In this document: one piece after another, positions 21,644 to 32,781 of the stretch
Position numbering within the stretch: the first letter of the stretch is position 1
Layout: the number at the start of each line of letters is the position of its first letter
DNA from: an uncultured Ruminococcus sp.
GTDB lineage: Bacteria > Bacillota > Clostridia > Oscillospirales > Acutalibacteraceae
Assembly (NCBI GenBank): GCA_905234015.1
Contig: CAJOFK010000001.1
Span: forward strand, 2,887-66,886
Length of the DNA stretch: 64,000 nucleotides
Direction: 5' to 3'
The notes under the pieces: model-generated
Seen by the model: the letters and a program-made list of their open reading frames with translations, nothing else
Told to the model about the DNA's origin: nothing
Database searches by the model: none
Position numbers and translations under genes: made by a program

Positions 21644-22456
21644 ATGATTATTGACTTCCATACACACGTCTTTCCGGATAAGATTGCCGAAAAAACAATT
21701 CCTTATCTTATGGAAAAGGGCGGAATTGATTCATACGGAGACGGAACTCTTAATAATCTTAAAGAGAGGATGAAAGAGTCGGGAACCGATAAGGCGGTTG
21801 TTCTTCCCGTATGTACCAAGCCGTCTCAGTTTGATTCGATAAACAGGTTCGCCGAGCTTATTAATAACGACGGCGATAATGTATTTTCCTTCGGCGGGAT
21901 TCATCCCGACTGCGATAATATCAAAGAAAGGCTCGTTTATATAAAATCACGAGGCTTTAAGGGGATAAAGCTTCATCCCGATTATCAGGGCGTATATATT
22001 AATGACGACAGGTATTATAATATAGTTAAAACCGCCGTTGAGCTCGGACTTTATGTGACGATTCACGCCGGCGTAGACGTCGCATATCCCGATGACGTTC
22101 ACTGTCCGCCCGCTGAGTCTAGAAAGCTTATCGACCGTATCTACGGCGAAAGTAAGGACGTTGAGCCTAAAATTATCCTCGCTCACCTCGGTGCGATAGA
22201 TTTATACGACGAGGTTGAAGAATACTTAGTCGGTCAGCCGGTGTATTTCGACTTAGCCGTAATTCTCGGTATGGCTCCGAAGGAGCAGGTTGAGAGAATT
22301 ATTCATAATCACGGCGCCGATAAAATCCTTTTCGCTAGCGATTATCCGTGGAGCGATTTAAGCCTCAATATAGAGATAATGAACTCATTAGCACTCGGTG
22401 AAGATGAAAAAGAACTCATTCTTCATAAAAACGCCGAAAAAATTCTCAGTGAATAA
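21644..22456 (+). CDS. Amidohydrolase-family metal-dependent hydrolase
   Basis: IIDFHTH, GIKLHP, IHAG, ILAHLG, FASDYP. Confidence 0.88.
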   Translation: MIIDFHTHVFPDKIAEKTIPYLMEKGGIDSYGDGTLNNLKERMKESGTDKAVVLPVCTKPSQFDSINRFAELINNDGDNVFSFGGIHPDCDNIKERLVYIKSRGFKGIKLHPDYQGVYINDDRYYNIVKTAVELGLYVTIHAGVDVAYPDDVHCPPAESRKLIDRIYGESKDVEPKIILAHLGAIDLYDEVEEYLVGQPVYFDLAVILGMAPKEQVERIIHNHGADKILFASDYPWSDLSLNIEIMNSLALGEDEKELILHKNAEKILSE

Positions 22457-22583
22457 AAACACACCAATATACATTTTATAATAAATAAGGATTTATTGCA
22501 ACAATTATTTTGATTTTTTCACAAACAAAAATTGCATATTATACATATACGACAGGGCAGATGAACAAATTTTTTAATTTGTA

Positions 22584-22600
22584 AGTCAAAAAAAGTCAAA
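22584..22600 (+). promoter_or_regulatory. CtsR-type operator upstream of groES
   Basis: AGTCAAA-AAA-AGTCAAA matches the RGTCAAA-NAN-RGTCAAA consensus. Confidence 0.7.
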
Positions 22601-22638
22601 TTCTACTTGATTTTTCAGGAAAATGGGCTATAATATAA

Positions 22639-22665
22639 TTAGCACTCAGGATATCAGAGTGCTAA
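22639..22665 (+). promoter_or_regulatory. CIRCE element (HrcA operator)
   Basis: Perfect TTAGCACTC-N9-GAGTGCTAA just after TTGATT-N16-TATAAT (22607-22634). Confidence 0.97.
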
Positions 22666-22714
22666 TTTATAGTTTTAATTAATTTTAGTAGGTTATTTTA
22701 AGGAGGAATTATAT

Positions 22715-22999
22715 ATGACAATTAAACCGTTACTCGACCGAGTAGTACTTAAAGTTGAAGAGGTGGAGGAGAAAACCGCGGGCGGTCTTATTCTTACATC
22801 CTCGGCTAAGGAAAAGCCCCAGTTCGCTTCCGTTGTGGCGGTAGGCCCCGGCGGAGTAGTTGACGGCGAGAAGGTTGAGATGTTCGTCAAGGTCGGCGAT
22901 AAGGTAATCGCTTCCAAGTATGCCGGCACCGAGGTTAAGCTCGACGGCGAGGAGTTTACAATCGTTCGTCAGTCCGACATTTTAGCGACAGTAGAATAA
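22715..22999 (+). CDS. groES: Co-chaperonin GroES
   Basis: IKPLLDRVV, KTAGGLIL...AKEKP, YAGTEVK. Confidence 0.98.
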   Translation: MTIKPLLDRVVLKVEEVEEKTAGGLILTSSAKEKPQFASVVAVGPGGVVDGEKVEMFVKVGDKVIASKYAGTEVKLDGEEFTIVRQSDILATVE

Positions 23000-23032
23000 T
23001 TCTAAATCAGAAAAATAATTTTGTGGAGGTAA

Positions 23033-24664
<1,632 letters not shown>

Positions 24665-24707
24665 TTCTTAATTGAGTTTACTGCGAGAATTAAATTGATA
24701 TAAAAGT

Positions 24708-24737
24708 AAGGAGTCGGCATTGCCGGCTCCTTTTGTT
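24708..24737 (+). terminator. Intrinsic terminator after groEL
   Basis: aaggagtcggc-att-gccggctcctt followed by T-rich tail. Confidence 0.8.
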
Positions 24738-24775
24738 TCTGATTTAGAAAAATAATAATTAAAGATTAATTGTTT

Positions 24776-25738
24776 TTAAAATTCAGATTTAACATCTCTT
24801 AAGAACAGCTTGCTCAGCTCGTCCTTAATCTCCTTATCGTTGAAAAGAACGTTATAAACGCCTGTAACTATCGGAACGTCTACGTTGTGCTCGTCAGCGA
24901 GTTTTTTAAGCGCCTTTGAGGTCATAACGCCCTCGGCGAGTTTTTCGAATTTAATACCCTTAGCTAAATCCTCTCCGTATTTTCTGTTATGGCTCCAGGG
25001 GGAGAATAGGGTAGCCTCGTAATCGCCTAAGTGGCAGAGTCCGTACGCGCTCATTTCCGAGCCGCCGCACGCCTTTATAAGACGGCTTATTTCCCTCGTG
25101 CCTCTCGACATCAGCGCTCCCTTTAAGGAGGTCATATTCAGGCCGTCAAGCATTCCCGCGGCGATACCGATAACGTTCTTCGCGGCGGCGCCTATCTCGT
25201 TGCCTATTAAATCGGTGCCTATGTAGAACCTGATTAAATCAGACGAAAAAGCGTTAACGAGTTTTTCCTTAACTTCTTTATTTTTGCTGTCGATTACCAT
25301 ACAGTTCGGAATGCCCCTGACGTAATCCTGAGGATGTCCGGGACCTACCCATACCGCGACGGGAGTTTTTTCAATATCGACAAATTCTTCCATAACCTCG
25401 CTTAAGCGCTTGCCTGTTTTAACGTCAACGCCTTTCATACAGAGTACGAAAATTTTACCGTCGAGGTTGTATTTGGAAATGCTCTGCATATAATCTCTTA
25501 AATACTGAGATGAAATCGAAATAATAATTACCTCGGCTCTGCCTACGGCATATTCAAGGTCGCTTGTTACCTCGATAGATTTGGGGAAGGTGAGGTAGTC
25601 GTTTTTATGAGTTTCGTAAAGCTGTTTAAAATCAGGCGCGCTCTCAAGTCCGCAGGAAACAACCTCGTTTCCTATTTTATCCTGATACCATGCTATACAG
25701 CTTCCCCAGCGTCCGGTTCCCAATACTGATATTTTCAT
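24776..25738 (-). CDS. gpsA: NAD(P)H-dependent glycerol-3-phosphate dehydrogenase
   Basis: GTGRWG Rossmann motif, AAKNVIGIAAG, LGD, AEG; start MKISVLG with GGAG upstream. Confidence 0.9.
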   Translation of the reverse strand: MKISVLGTGRWGSCIAWYQDKIGNEVVSCGLESAPDFKQLYETHKNDYLTFPKSIEVTSDLEYAVGRAEVIIISISSQYLRDYMQSISKYNLDGKIFVLCMKGVDVKTGKRLSEVMEEFVDIEKTPVAVWVGPGHPQDYVRGIPNCMVIDSKNKEVKEKLVNAFSSDLIRFYIGTDLIGNEIGAAAKNVIGIAAGMLDGLNMTSLKGALMSRGTREISRLIKACGGSEMSAYGLCHLGDYEATLFSPWSHNRKYGEDLAKGIKFEKLAEGVMTSKALKKLADEHNVDVPIVTGVYNVLFNDKEIKDELSKLFLRDVKSEF

Positions 25739-25771
25739 AAGCTTCTCCCAATTATTCAAAAAATCACAATA

Positions 25772-25958
25772 AAATCCCGCCCGACCGAAAGCAATACTTA
25801 ATAACCTGCCTACCAGAAGACAGGTGGGCGCCTCCTTTTTGTTTCAGTACTCCCAGCGTTCCGTTTTGGAGAGGTCTGCACACCGCAAAAAGAGTCCGGC
25901 TCCCGATTTAAATGTTGTAGGGTTATTTTAATTGCATACTCGAATCAGGCAGGAAATT
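25772..25958 (-). ncRNA. ssrS: 6S RNA
   Basis: About 187-nt rod; ends pair (TTCCTGCCTGATTCGA with TCGGTCGGGCGGGA); GGGAGCC...GGCGCCCACCTG blocks recalled from clostridial 6S; ends approximate. Confidence 0.75.
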
Positions 25959-25959
25959 T

Positions 25960-26247
25960 TCAGTTATAAAACATATCGTTGAAACGTTCCTCAAAAATAT
26001 CCGCAAGCCTTCTTTTTAGCTCGTAGTCTTCAACCTCGGCGAGCTGCTGCTCTCCGTTTTCCTCAACGGACTCAAGAATCGTATACTCTCCGCTGTCGTA
26101 AAGCATATCGGAGCTGTTCTCGAATACCGGCATAAGTGCGAAGTATAAGGTGCCGTTTTCCTCAATCTGGTCGAGAATTTCAAATTCGTGCTCGGCGCCG
26201 TTTTCGTCAATCAGAGATATAAGGTCGGGGGAAAAGGAATCGTCCAT
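25960..26247 (-). CDS. DUF1292-like acidic protein
   Basis: ISLIDENG.EHEFEILD.IE.NG..YFAL pattern, 95 aa. Confidence 0.8.
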   Translation of the reverse strand: MDDSFSPDLISLIDENGAEHEFEILDQIEENGTLYFALMPVFENSSDMLYDSGEYTILESVEENGEQQLAEVEDYELKRRLADIFEERFNDMFYN

Positions 26248-26513
26248 AGATACAGCCTTTCTTCTTTTCTTAGTATAATTTTACACCAGATAAAAGTCTC
26301 AGTCAAGTATTTTTGTACTTTTTATACAAAGAATTTTTATGCGGATATTTATGCAAAATAAACTGCTAAAATCGCTTTCCTATCGGATTTATAGGTCTTT
26401 TATTTAATCGTAAATTCAGGAAAAATATCGCTTCGGTGGAAAATTTTATAATTTTTCATAAAAAGTTTCAAAAAAACTGTTGACATTTTATAATTTTATG
26501 TTACAATATAAGC

Positions 26514-26588
26514 AAGACAAGAGAGAGAAAGTTTTGATTACTCCATAAAATTACCTAAAAAGCCGACGGTTTTTACCGTCGGTTTTTT
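26514..26588 (+). ncRNA. Candidate small RNA (about 75 nt)
   Basis: TTGACA (26480)-N16-TACAAT with TG extension, no ORF, then hairpin gccgacggt-tttt-accgtcggt and T run. Confidence 0.5.
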
Positions 26589-26724
26589 CATTTTTCTGAA
26601 ATAAAAACCCTCCAATTACAAAAAATAGCTTGAAAAATTTCGTATTTTGAGCTATAATCTTTTAGAATGTATTATTATGGAATATTGTTGTATAATACTG
26701 TTAGATGTGGATTTGGAGGATACT

Positions 26725-27411
26725 ATGTTGCTTCCTTTTGAAGAACTTCCTAAGGAATTTCAAAATGATGCGGTTAAAAAGTATTACGACATACTTGTAG
26801 CTAAGAAACGCAGCATACTTATAAAAAGAATATTTGACATAGCTCTTTCAGTTCTGTTAATTATTCTTCTTATTATACCTATAATTATACTCGCTCTCGC
26901 AATTAAATTTACCTCAAAGGGACCTGTCCTTTATAAGCAGGTGAGAGTGACTGCTTATAACCGTGAGTTTAAAATTTTAAAGTTCAGGACGATGGTTGAG
27001 AACGCCGATAAAATCGGCTCTCTCGTTACATCCCTCGGAGATTCGAGAATTACGAAAATCGGTCACTTCTTAAGAAAGTACCGTCTCGACGAGCTTCCTC
27101 AGGTATTTAACGTTATAAAAGGGGATATGAGCTTCGTCGGTACAAGACCCGAGGTTCCTCGTTATGTTGAGCGTTATAACCCCGTTATGTTCGCTACTCT
27201 GCTTATGCCGGCAGGAATAACGAGCCTTGCGAGTATTAAGTTTAAAAATGAGGACAGAATGCTTGAAACGAGTACGAATATCGACGAGGACTATATCGGT
27301 ATCATTCTTCCTAAAAAAATGCATTATAATCTACTTTATATAAAAAGCTTCGGCTTCCGTAATGATTTATATTTAATGGGAAAAACCGTAAAAGAGGTTC
27401 TCTTCCACTAA
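26725..27411 (+). CDS. Priming sugar-phosphate transferase (bacterial sugar transferase family)
   Basis: KRIFDI, KFRTM, LDELPQ..NV.KGDMSFVGTRP; ATG 26725 after GGAGG. Confidence 0.92.
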   Translation: MLLPFEELPKEFQNDAVKKYYDILVAKKRSILIKRIFDIALSVLLIILLIIPIIILALAIKFTSKGPVLYKQVRVTAYNREFKILKFRTMVENADKIGSLVTSLGDSRITKIGHFLRKYRLDELPQVFNVIKGDMSFVGTRPEVPRYVERYNPVMFATLLMPAGITSLASIKFKNEDRMLETSTNIDEDYIGIILPKKMHYNLLYIKSFGFRNDLYLMGKTVKEVLFH

Positions 27412-27446
27412 GAAATTTTTATAATATAAATATGGAGGTGAGATAA

Positions 27447-28874
27447 ATGACCGGGTTAAAAGCAGCCTTAAAAAACCCTTCCAAGTTCCGCATAGGCTAC
27501 CTTATTGTTCTGTTTATGTGTAATATTGCTTTTATTCAGATTCCCGCGTACGTTTGTCTTATCTTTATGTTTTTCTGGGGAGTTTATTTAGTTTATTATA
27601 AGATTATTAAGCAGAACTGTATGGAAAGGCTGAGGTTCGGGCTCTGGATAGTCGCTTTTCTTGCGGTAAACCTTATCTCAATGCTCACTAATATCTCGAT
27701 GAACTTCGTCTACAATATCGTGATGCTGCTCCATATAAGCATATGCTTTTTTATCTTTTACGGCATACATACCGAAAGAAATTTCAACCCGAAAGCGGAG
27801 CTTTATAAGGTTTGTAAGTTTATAATCTACGCTACTGCGATTTTCGGCGCGCTGGGTTTTATTCTTATGATGTGCGACGTTAAGTTCGAGTGGTTCTGGA
27901 TTAAGTTTATTATTTACGAAAACAGATATACCGGCGTTTATATAAACCCGAATATCTTAGGATTTATTTCAGTAGTATCAATCGTATGCTGCCACCTCGT
28001 TATGAAGCCCGATTTTCTTATTCAGGCTAAGCGTACGAGGATAAGCCGTATTTGGATTGCGGTATGTCTTTTAGTCGATTTGTTTTCGCTTCTTTTATGC
28101 GACTCAAACGCGTCGTTTACGCTGTTTGTATGTTATGTAATTTTTACGCTTGTGTTCATTTATTTCTCAAGCTCAGCGAGAATGAAAAAGCGCCAGATCC
28201 TTATAAAAAGCGTCGCGGTGGTAATAGCGGCTGCTTATGTTGTATTGACCGCGTTTATGGTAAGGTCGATCTGCCAGCGCGAAATTTCAAAGCTCGTTTC
28301 TTCAAATAAGATAGATAAGCAGGCTGTTGTAAGCGTAAACGAAATCACCGGTCCCGAGGCTATTACCTTCTCGCACGTCAATAAAAATATCGACAGCGGA
28401 AGAATTAAGCTTTTAAAGGAGAGTATAAAGCTCTTTAAGCTCAGCCCCGTATTCGGAATAAGCAACGGCAATATTATAGAATACAGTCAGAAATACCTCG
28501 ACGGTACCTTGAGTTTAAGCTACCACAACAGCGATATCCATAACGGGTACCTGACGATTATAGTTTCTACGGGAATTGTGGGCTTTTTGATATTCGCAAT
28601 ATGGGGGCTGAAATTCGGCAAGCATATTGTGTTTAACCTCTTTAAACGCCAGAACGCCGGTTCTCAGGATATCCTGCCTTGCCTGTTCGCGTTCTGCTGC
28701 GGATATCTCGTTTACTCGCTGTTTGAAAAAGCTCTGCTGTTTGATATCAGCTTTATGGTGCTGTGGTTCTGGTATATGCTCGGAATGACGAGCGTGTATC
28801 TTAATAAGTACGAGCCGCTGTTAGGCGCGCATTATATGCTTAGAAAGCACCGTATCCCGAGACATCTTATTTAA
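27447..28874 (+). CDS. O-antigen ligase/polymerase-like membrane protein
   Basis: Many TM helices, RY.G..INPN, SGR...PVFG, HNGYL motifs. Confidence 0.75.
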   Translation: MTGLKAALKNPSKFRIGYLIVLFMCNIAFIQIPAYVCLIFMFFWGVYLVYYKIIKQNCMERLRFGLWIVAFLAVNLISMLTNISMNFVYNIVMLLHISICFFIFYGIHTERNFNPKAELYKVCKFIIYATAIFGALGFILMMCDVKFEWFWIKFIIYENRYTGVYINPNILGFISVVSIVCCHLVMKPDFLIQAKRTRISRIWIAVCLLVDLFSLLLCDSNASFTLFVCYVIFTLVFIYFSSSARMKKRQILIKSVAVVIAAAYVVLTAFMVRSICQREISKLVSSNKIDKQAVVSVNEITGPEAITFSHVNKNIDSGRIKLLKESIKLFKLSPVFGISNGNIIEYSQKYLDGTLSLSYHNSDIHNGYLTIIVSTGIVGFLIFAIWGLKFGKHIVFNLFKRQNAGSQDILPCLFAFCCGYLVYSLFEKALLFDISFMVLWFWYMLGMTSVYLNKYEPLLGAHYMLRKHRIPRHLI

Positions 28875-29032
28875 TTAAACTATTGTAAATATTATTGTAA
28901 AAATATAAAATATGTTTTATAATATACCGTGAGGGAGCTCGCGGTATATTTTTTTCGTTTATAATGCCGGCTTTGTTCGCCTTTTTACTTATAAATCGAA
29001 ATATTTTGCAAATAATATTATCGGTGATAATT

Positions 29033-29506
29033 ATGAAGTTTTATATAAAACGTGATAAAACAGCCGGCGACAGCCTTTTTGTTGTTTTTGATGAGCACGG
29101 AAGAGATAAGTATTTCGTCAGCGGCTCGAGGAACGCCTCGTATATTTCCGATATGAACGGACGGGTAATCGTTAAGATTCACAGGCTTCCGCTTCCCGCC
29201 TTAAAGGCTTATTCGATTTCCAGCGGCAATCACAACATTAAATTCTTTATTAATACAAGCTCAAAATCCCCGTCCTGCTATTTTTACGGCAACTCGTGGC
29301 TTATTAGAGGCGATATAAGCGTAAACAGCTTCGATATTATCGACGCTGATAATTCCCTCGTTATGAGTCACCGCAGAAGCTTTTCTAACTCAATGGACTA
29401 TGAGCTTGATATATGCAAGGGCAACAGCGAGCTTTTCTGTATAGCTACGTCTGTATGCGTTGACCTTGAGGCTAAGGTTGACAACCCGGTCCTGCAGACA
29501 GTATAA
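29033..29506 (+). CDS. LURP-one/Tubby C-terminal-like protein
   Basis: KFYIKR...F.VFDE.G...Y.V, W.I.GD....FDI.D, C-terminal hydrophobic helix CIATSVCVD. Confidence 0.55.
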   Translation: MKFYIKRDKTAGDSLFVVFDEHGRDKYFVSGSRNASYISDMNGRVIVKIHRLPLPALKAYSISSGNHNIKFFINTSSKSPSCYFYGNSWLIRGDISVNSFDIIDADNSLVMSHRRSFSNSMDYELDICKGNSELFCIATSVCVDLEAKVDNPVLQTV

Positions 29507-29551
29507 TATTCAAAACCGTAAAAACTTATTTATTCTTACGCGGAGGTTACT

Positions 29552-30031
29552 ATGGATAAATTATTGGAAATATTAAGTGAAAACAGCAGCTTTACATCTA
29601 AGGAGCTCGCGCTTATGCTCGGTGAGCCCGAGGATTATATCAACGCTCAGATTAAAGAGTATGAACAGAGCGGAGTTATTAAGGGTTATCAGGCTATAGT
29701 AGACTGGGAAAAGGTTCCCGACGCCGGAGTTACGGCTATTATCGAGCTTAAGGTAACCCCGAAAAGAGAAACGGGCTTTGATGAAATCGCCAGGACTATT
29801 ATGGCGTTCGAGGAGGTTTCCTCGATGTACTTAATGGCGGGAGCCTTCGATTTTTCAGTTATGGTTAAGGGCGCTTCAATGCAGGATGTCGCCTCGTTTG
29901 TGGCGCGTAAAATTTCCTGCGTTGACGGAATAAAAGCTACGGCTACTCATTTTATGCTCAAAACCTATAAGGTCGGAGGTCTTAGCCTCGTTGATGACGA
30001 GGAAGGCGACGGGAGGAGTATGGTCCTTTGA
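29552..30031 (+). CDS. Lrp/AsnC-family transcriptional regulator
   Basis: N-terminal HTH, GVIKGY.A.VDW, YLMAGAFD, TATHF. Confidence 0.9.
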   Translation: MDKLLEILSENSSFTSKELALMLGEPEDYINAQIKEYEQSGVIKGYQAIVDWEKVPDAGVTAIIELKVTPKRETGFDEIARTIMAFEEVSSMYLMAGAFDFSVMVKGASMQDVASFVARKISCVDGIKATATHFMLKTYKVGGLSLVDDEEGDGRSMVL

Positions 30032-31215
30032 TTAATTATGAAGATTTTATAAATGATAAAATAAAGCAGGTTAAGCCCTCGGGTATCAGGAAGTTTTTTG
30101 ATATCGCCGTCGAGATGGATAACGTAATTTCCCTTTCAATCGGCGAGCCTGACTTCCAGACGCCGTGGCATATCCGCGAAGCGGGTATAACCACTCTCGA
30201 AAAGGGTAAAACCTGGTATACTCCGAACCGGGGCTTTGCGGAACTCCGCAGTGAGATTGCAAAATATTATAAACGACGCTTTAACGTTTCCTATAACAGC
30301 GATACCGATGTAATCGTTACTGTCGGCGGCAGCGAGGCTATCGACCTCGTATTCCGTACTCTAGTAAACGAGGGCGACGAGGTGCTTATTCCCGAGCCTG
30401 CGTTCGTATGCTATACTCCGCTTACATATATGGCTGGCGGAACGCCTGTTATAATTGAGACTAAAGCCGAAAACAACTTCCGCCTTACGCGCGAGGAGCT
30501 GCTCGGAGCGATTACCGAAAAAACGAAGCTCTTAGTGCTTCCGTTCCCGAATAATCCTACCGGCGCTATTATGGAGCGCGAGGATTTAGAGGCTATCGCC
30601 GATATTATTATCGAGAACGACCTTATGGTTATCTCCGACGAAATCTACGGCGAGCTTACCTACGGCGGTAAAAACCACGTCAGCGTTGCTGAGATTGACG
30701 GTCTTAAGGAGAGAACCGTCGTAGTAAGCGGTTTTTCAAAGGCTTACGCTATGACCGGCTGGCGCTTAGGCTACGCCTTAGGTCCCGAGCCTGTTATAAG
30801 CGAGATAACTAAGCTTCACCAGTACGGGATTATGTCCGCTCCTACTACTGCTCAGTACGCGGCGATTGAGGCGCTTAGAAACGGCGACGAGGACGTTCTC
30901 GAAATGAGACGCGATTATGATATAAGACGCCGTCTTATAGTCGGTAAGCTCAACGAAATCGGGCTTACCTGCTTTGAGCCTCTCGGAGCGTTTTATACCT
31001 TCCCTTGTATTAAGTCTACGGGACTTACGAGCGACGAGTTCGCGACCCGTCTCGTAAAGGAGAAGAGAGTAGCGGTTGTACCCGGTACAGCCTTCGGAGA
31101 TTCCGGAGAGGGGTTTGTGCGTATATCCTACGCTCAGTCGCTTAAAAACATTAAAAAGGCGCTCAAGAGAATTGAGGAATTTGTTGAGGAACTGAAAAAT
31201 GAAAGTAAAGGTTAA
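30028..31215 (+). CDS. PLP-dependent aminotransferase class I/II
   Basis: GEPDF, PNNPTG, SDEIY, SKAYAMTGWRLG. Confidence 0.93.
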   Translation: MINYEDFINDKIKQVKPSGIRKFFDIAVEMDNVISLSIGEPDFQTPWHIREAGITTLEKGKTWYTPNRGFAELRSEIAKYYKRRFNVSYNSDTDVIVTVGGSEAIDLVFRTLVNEGDEVLIPEPAFVCYTPLTYMAGGTPVIIETKAENNFRLTREELLGAITEKTKLLVLPFPNNPTGAIMEREDLEAIADIIIENDLMVISDEIYGELTYGGKNHVSVAEIDGLKERTVVVSGFSKAYAMTGWRLGYALGPEPVISEITKLHQYGIMSAPTTAQYAAIEALRNGDEDVLEMRRDYDIRRRLIVGKLNEIGLTCFEPLGAFYTFPCIKSTGLTSDEFATRLVKEKRVAVVPGTAFGDSGEGFVRISYAQSLKNIKKALKRIEEFVEELKNESKG

Positions 31216-32071
31216 GGCGCCCGCGAAAATCAATCTTTCGCTCGACGTTCTCAGGAGAAGAAGCGACGGCTACCACGATGTAAGTATGGTTATGCAGGCG
31301 GTAAGCCTTTATGACTATGTTGAGGTTGAAGAGAGCGAAACGGGAAAAATTGAGATATTCTGCGATTATCCCGGCGTTCCCTGCAACGAGAAGAATATAG
31401 CCTATAAATGCGCAGCGGCGTTTTTTAACTATACTAAAACCGAAAACCCCGGAATAAAAATAACTATAGAAAAAACCATCCCGACTCAGGCGGGACTTGC
31501 CGGCGGAAGCGCGGACGGCGCGGCGGTTATCGTCGCCCTTAATAAGCTCTTTAATACATATCTTAAAGAGGACGAGATGTGCGAAATCGGCTCTAAAATC
31601 GGCGCTGATATTCCTTTCTGTATCGTAGGCGGTACGCGCCTCGCAAGCGGTACAGGCACTACTCTTAAAAAGATGGTGAGTATGCCGAAGTGCCATATCG
31701 TTATATGTAAGCCCGATTTCAGTGTAAGCACAGCCGAAGCGTATTCAAGAATCGACAGCGCCGGGCTCAGCCATCCCGAGTTTACCTCCGAGATGGTTCG
31801 CGCGATTTACGCGAGGGATATCTATATGGTGACCTCGACTATGCTCAATGATTTTGAGGTTGCGCTCGACCTCGACGGCATTAAGGAAATCAAGAAAATT
31901 ATGCTTAAGGAAAAGGCGCTCGGAGCGTGTATGAGCGGTTCGGGCTCCGCTGTTTTCGCGGTGTTCAATAATCTGAAAAAAGCCGAGAAGTGTATGAAAA
32001 CGCTTTCCGAGAGCTACGATAAGGTGTTCCTTGCCGAGCCGTTAAAAACCGGCTGCGAAGTAACTGATTAA
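31199..32071 (+). CDS. ispE: 4-diphosphocytidyl-2-C-methyl-D-erythritol kinase
   Basis: APAKINLSL, IPTQAGLAGGSAD, MSGSGS. Confidence 0.95.
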   Translation: MKVKVKAPAKINLSLDVLRRRSDGYHDVSMVMQAVSLYDYVEVEESETGKIEIFCDYPGVPCNEKNIAYKCAAAFFNYTKTENPGIKITIEKTIPTQAGLAGGSADGAAVIVALNKLFNTYLKEDEMCEIGSKIGADIPFCIVGGTRLASGTGTTLKKMVSMPKCHIVICKPDFSVSTAEAYSRIDSAGLSHPEFTSEMVRAIYARDIYMVTSTMLNDFEVALDLDGIKEIKKIMLKEKALGACMSGSGSAVFAVFNNLKKAEKCMKTLSESYDKVFLAEPLKTGCEVTD

Positions 32072-32095
32072 ATTTTTATAAACCTGCCAATAATT
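32066..32095 (+). promoter_or_regulatory. Possible sigma-F promoter for spoIIR
   Basis: GATTA-N15-GCCAATAATT loosely matches the sigma-F consensus; spoIIR is sigma-F dependent in model spore formers. Confidence 0.35.
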
Positions 32096-32124
32096 CTGAT
32101 AAAGAATAAAGGCAGGTTTTTTAT

Positions 32125-32718
32125 TTGAAAATTTTTATTAAATCCTTATGCGGCGCTGCGGTGATTTGTATTCTCTTTACATTAATTCCCTTTAACGCTC
32201 AATGTGAAAATGTAAGCCGCGGGGTTTTCAGGCTTCATATTCTCGCTAATTCCGATTCTAATGTCGACCAGAGCCTTAAGCTTAAAGTTCGCGACAGGGT
32301 GCTTGAATATACGAAATCCCTCTATAAAAACGCCGAATGTTTAGATGATGCTGAAGAGCTCTCGGCAGAAAAGCTTCAGGCAATTGCCGACGCCGCTAAA
32401 TCCGAGGTTGAGCGTAACGGATACGATTATCCCGTTAAAGCCGAGATAAAACGGATGTACTTTGATACGCGTTATTACGGAAAAGTCACAATGCCGCCGG
32501 GCTTTTATAACGCGCTTCGTATAACTATAGGCAGCGGCTCGGGGCATAACTGGTGGTGCGTTATGTATCCGTCAATGTGCGTAGGCGCGTCGCTTGATTA
32601 TAATGCTTTAAAAGAAAATAGTACCGATGAAGAGTACCGCTTGCTGACCGGCGGAGAAAATGAGTTCAAGTTTAAAATTGTCGAATATTTTGAAAAAATT
32701 TGCTCATTATTCTCTTAG
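32125..32718 (+). CDS. spoIIR: Stage II sporulation protein R
   Basis: RLHILANSDS..DQ.LKLKVRD, GHNWWCVMYP; signal peptide; TTG start. Confidence 0.93.
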   Translation: MKIFIKSLCGAAVICILFTLIPFNAQCENVSRGVFRLHILANSDSNVDQSLKLKVRDRVLEYTKSLYKNAECLDDAEELSAEKLQAIADAAKSEVERNGYDYPVKAEIKRMYFDTRYYGKVTMPPGFYNALRITIGSGSGHNWWCVMYPSMCVGASLDYNALKENSTDEEYRLLTGGENEFKFKIVEYFEKICSLFS

Positions 32719-32781
32719 TACCATTTATCGGACATCAAGTGTGTTAAAATATAATCAGCGTATTATAAAGGAAGTGGAAAA

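Noticed and set aside
22388-22396. TTAGCACTC inside the amidohydrolase gene
   Set aside because: Only a CIRCE half-site; no GAGTGCTAA 9 nt downstream
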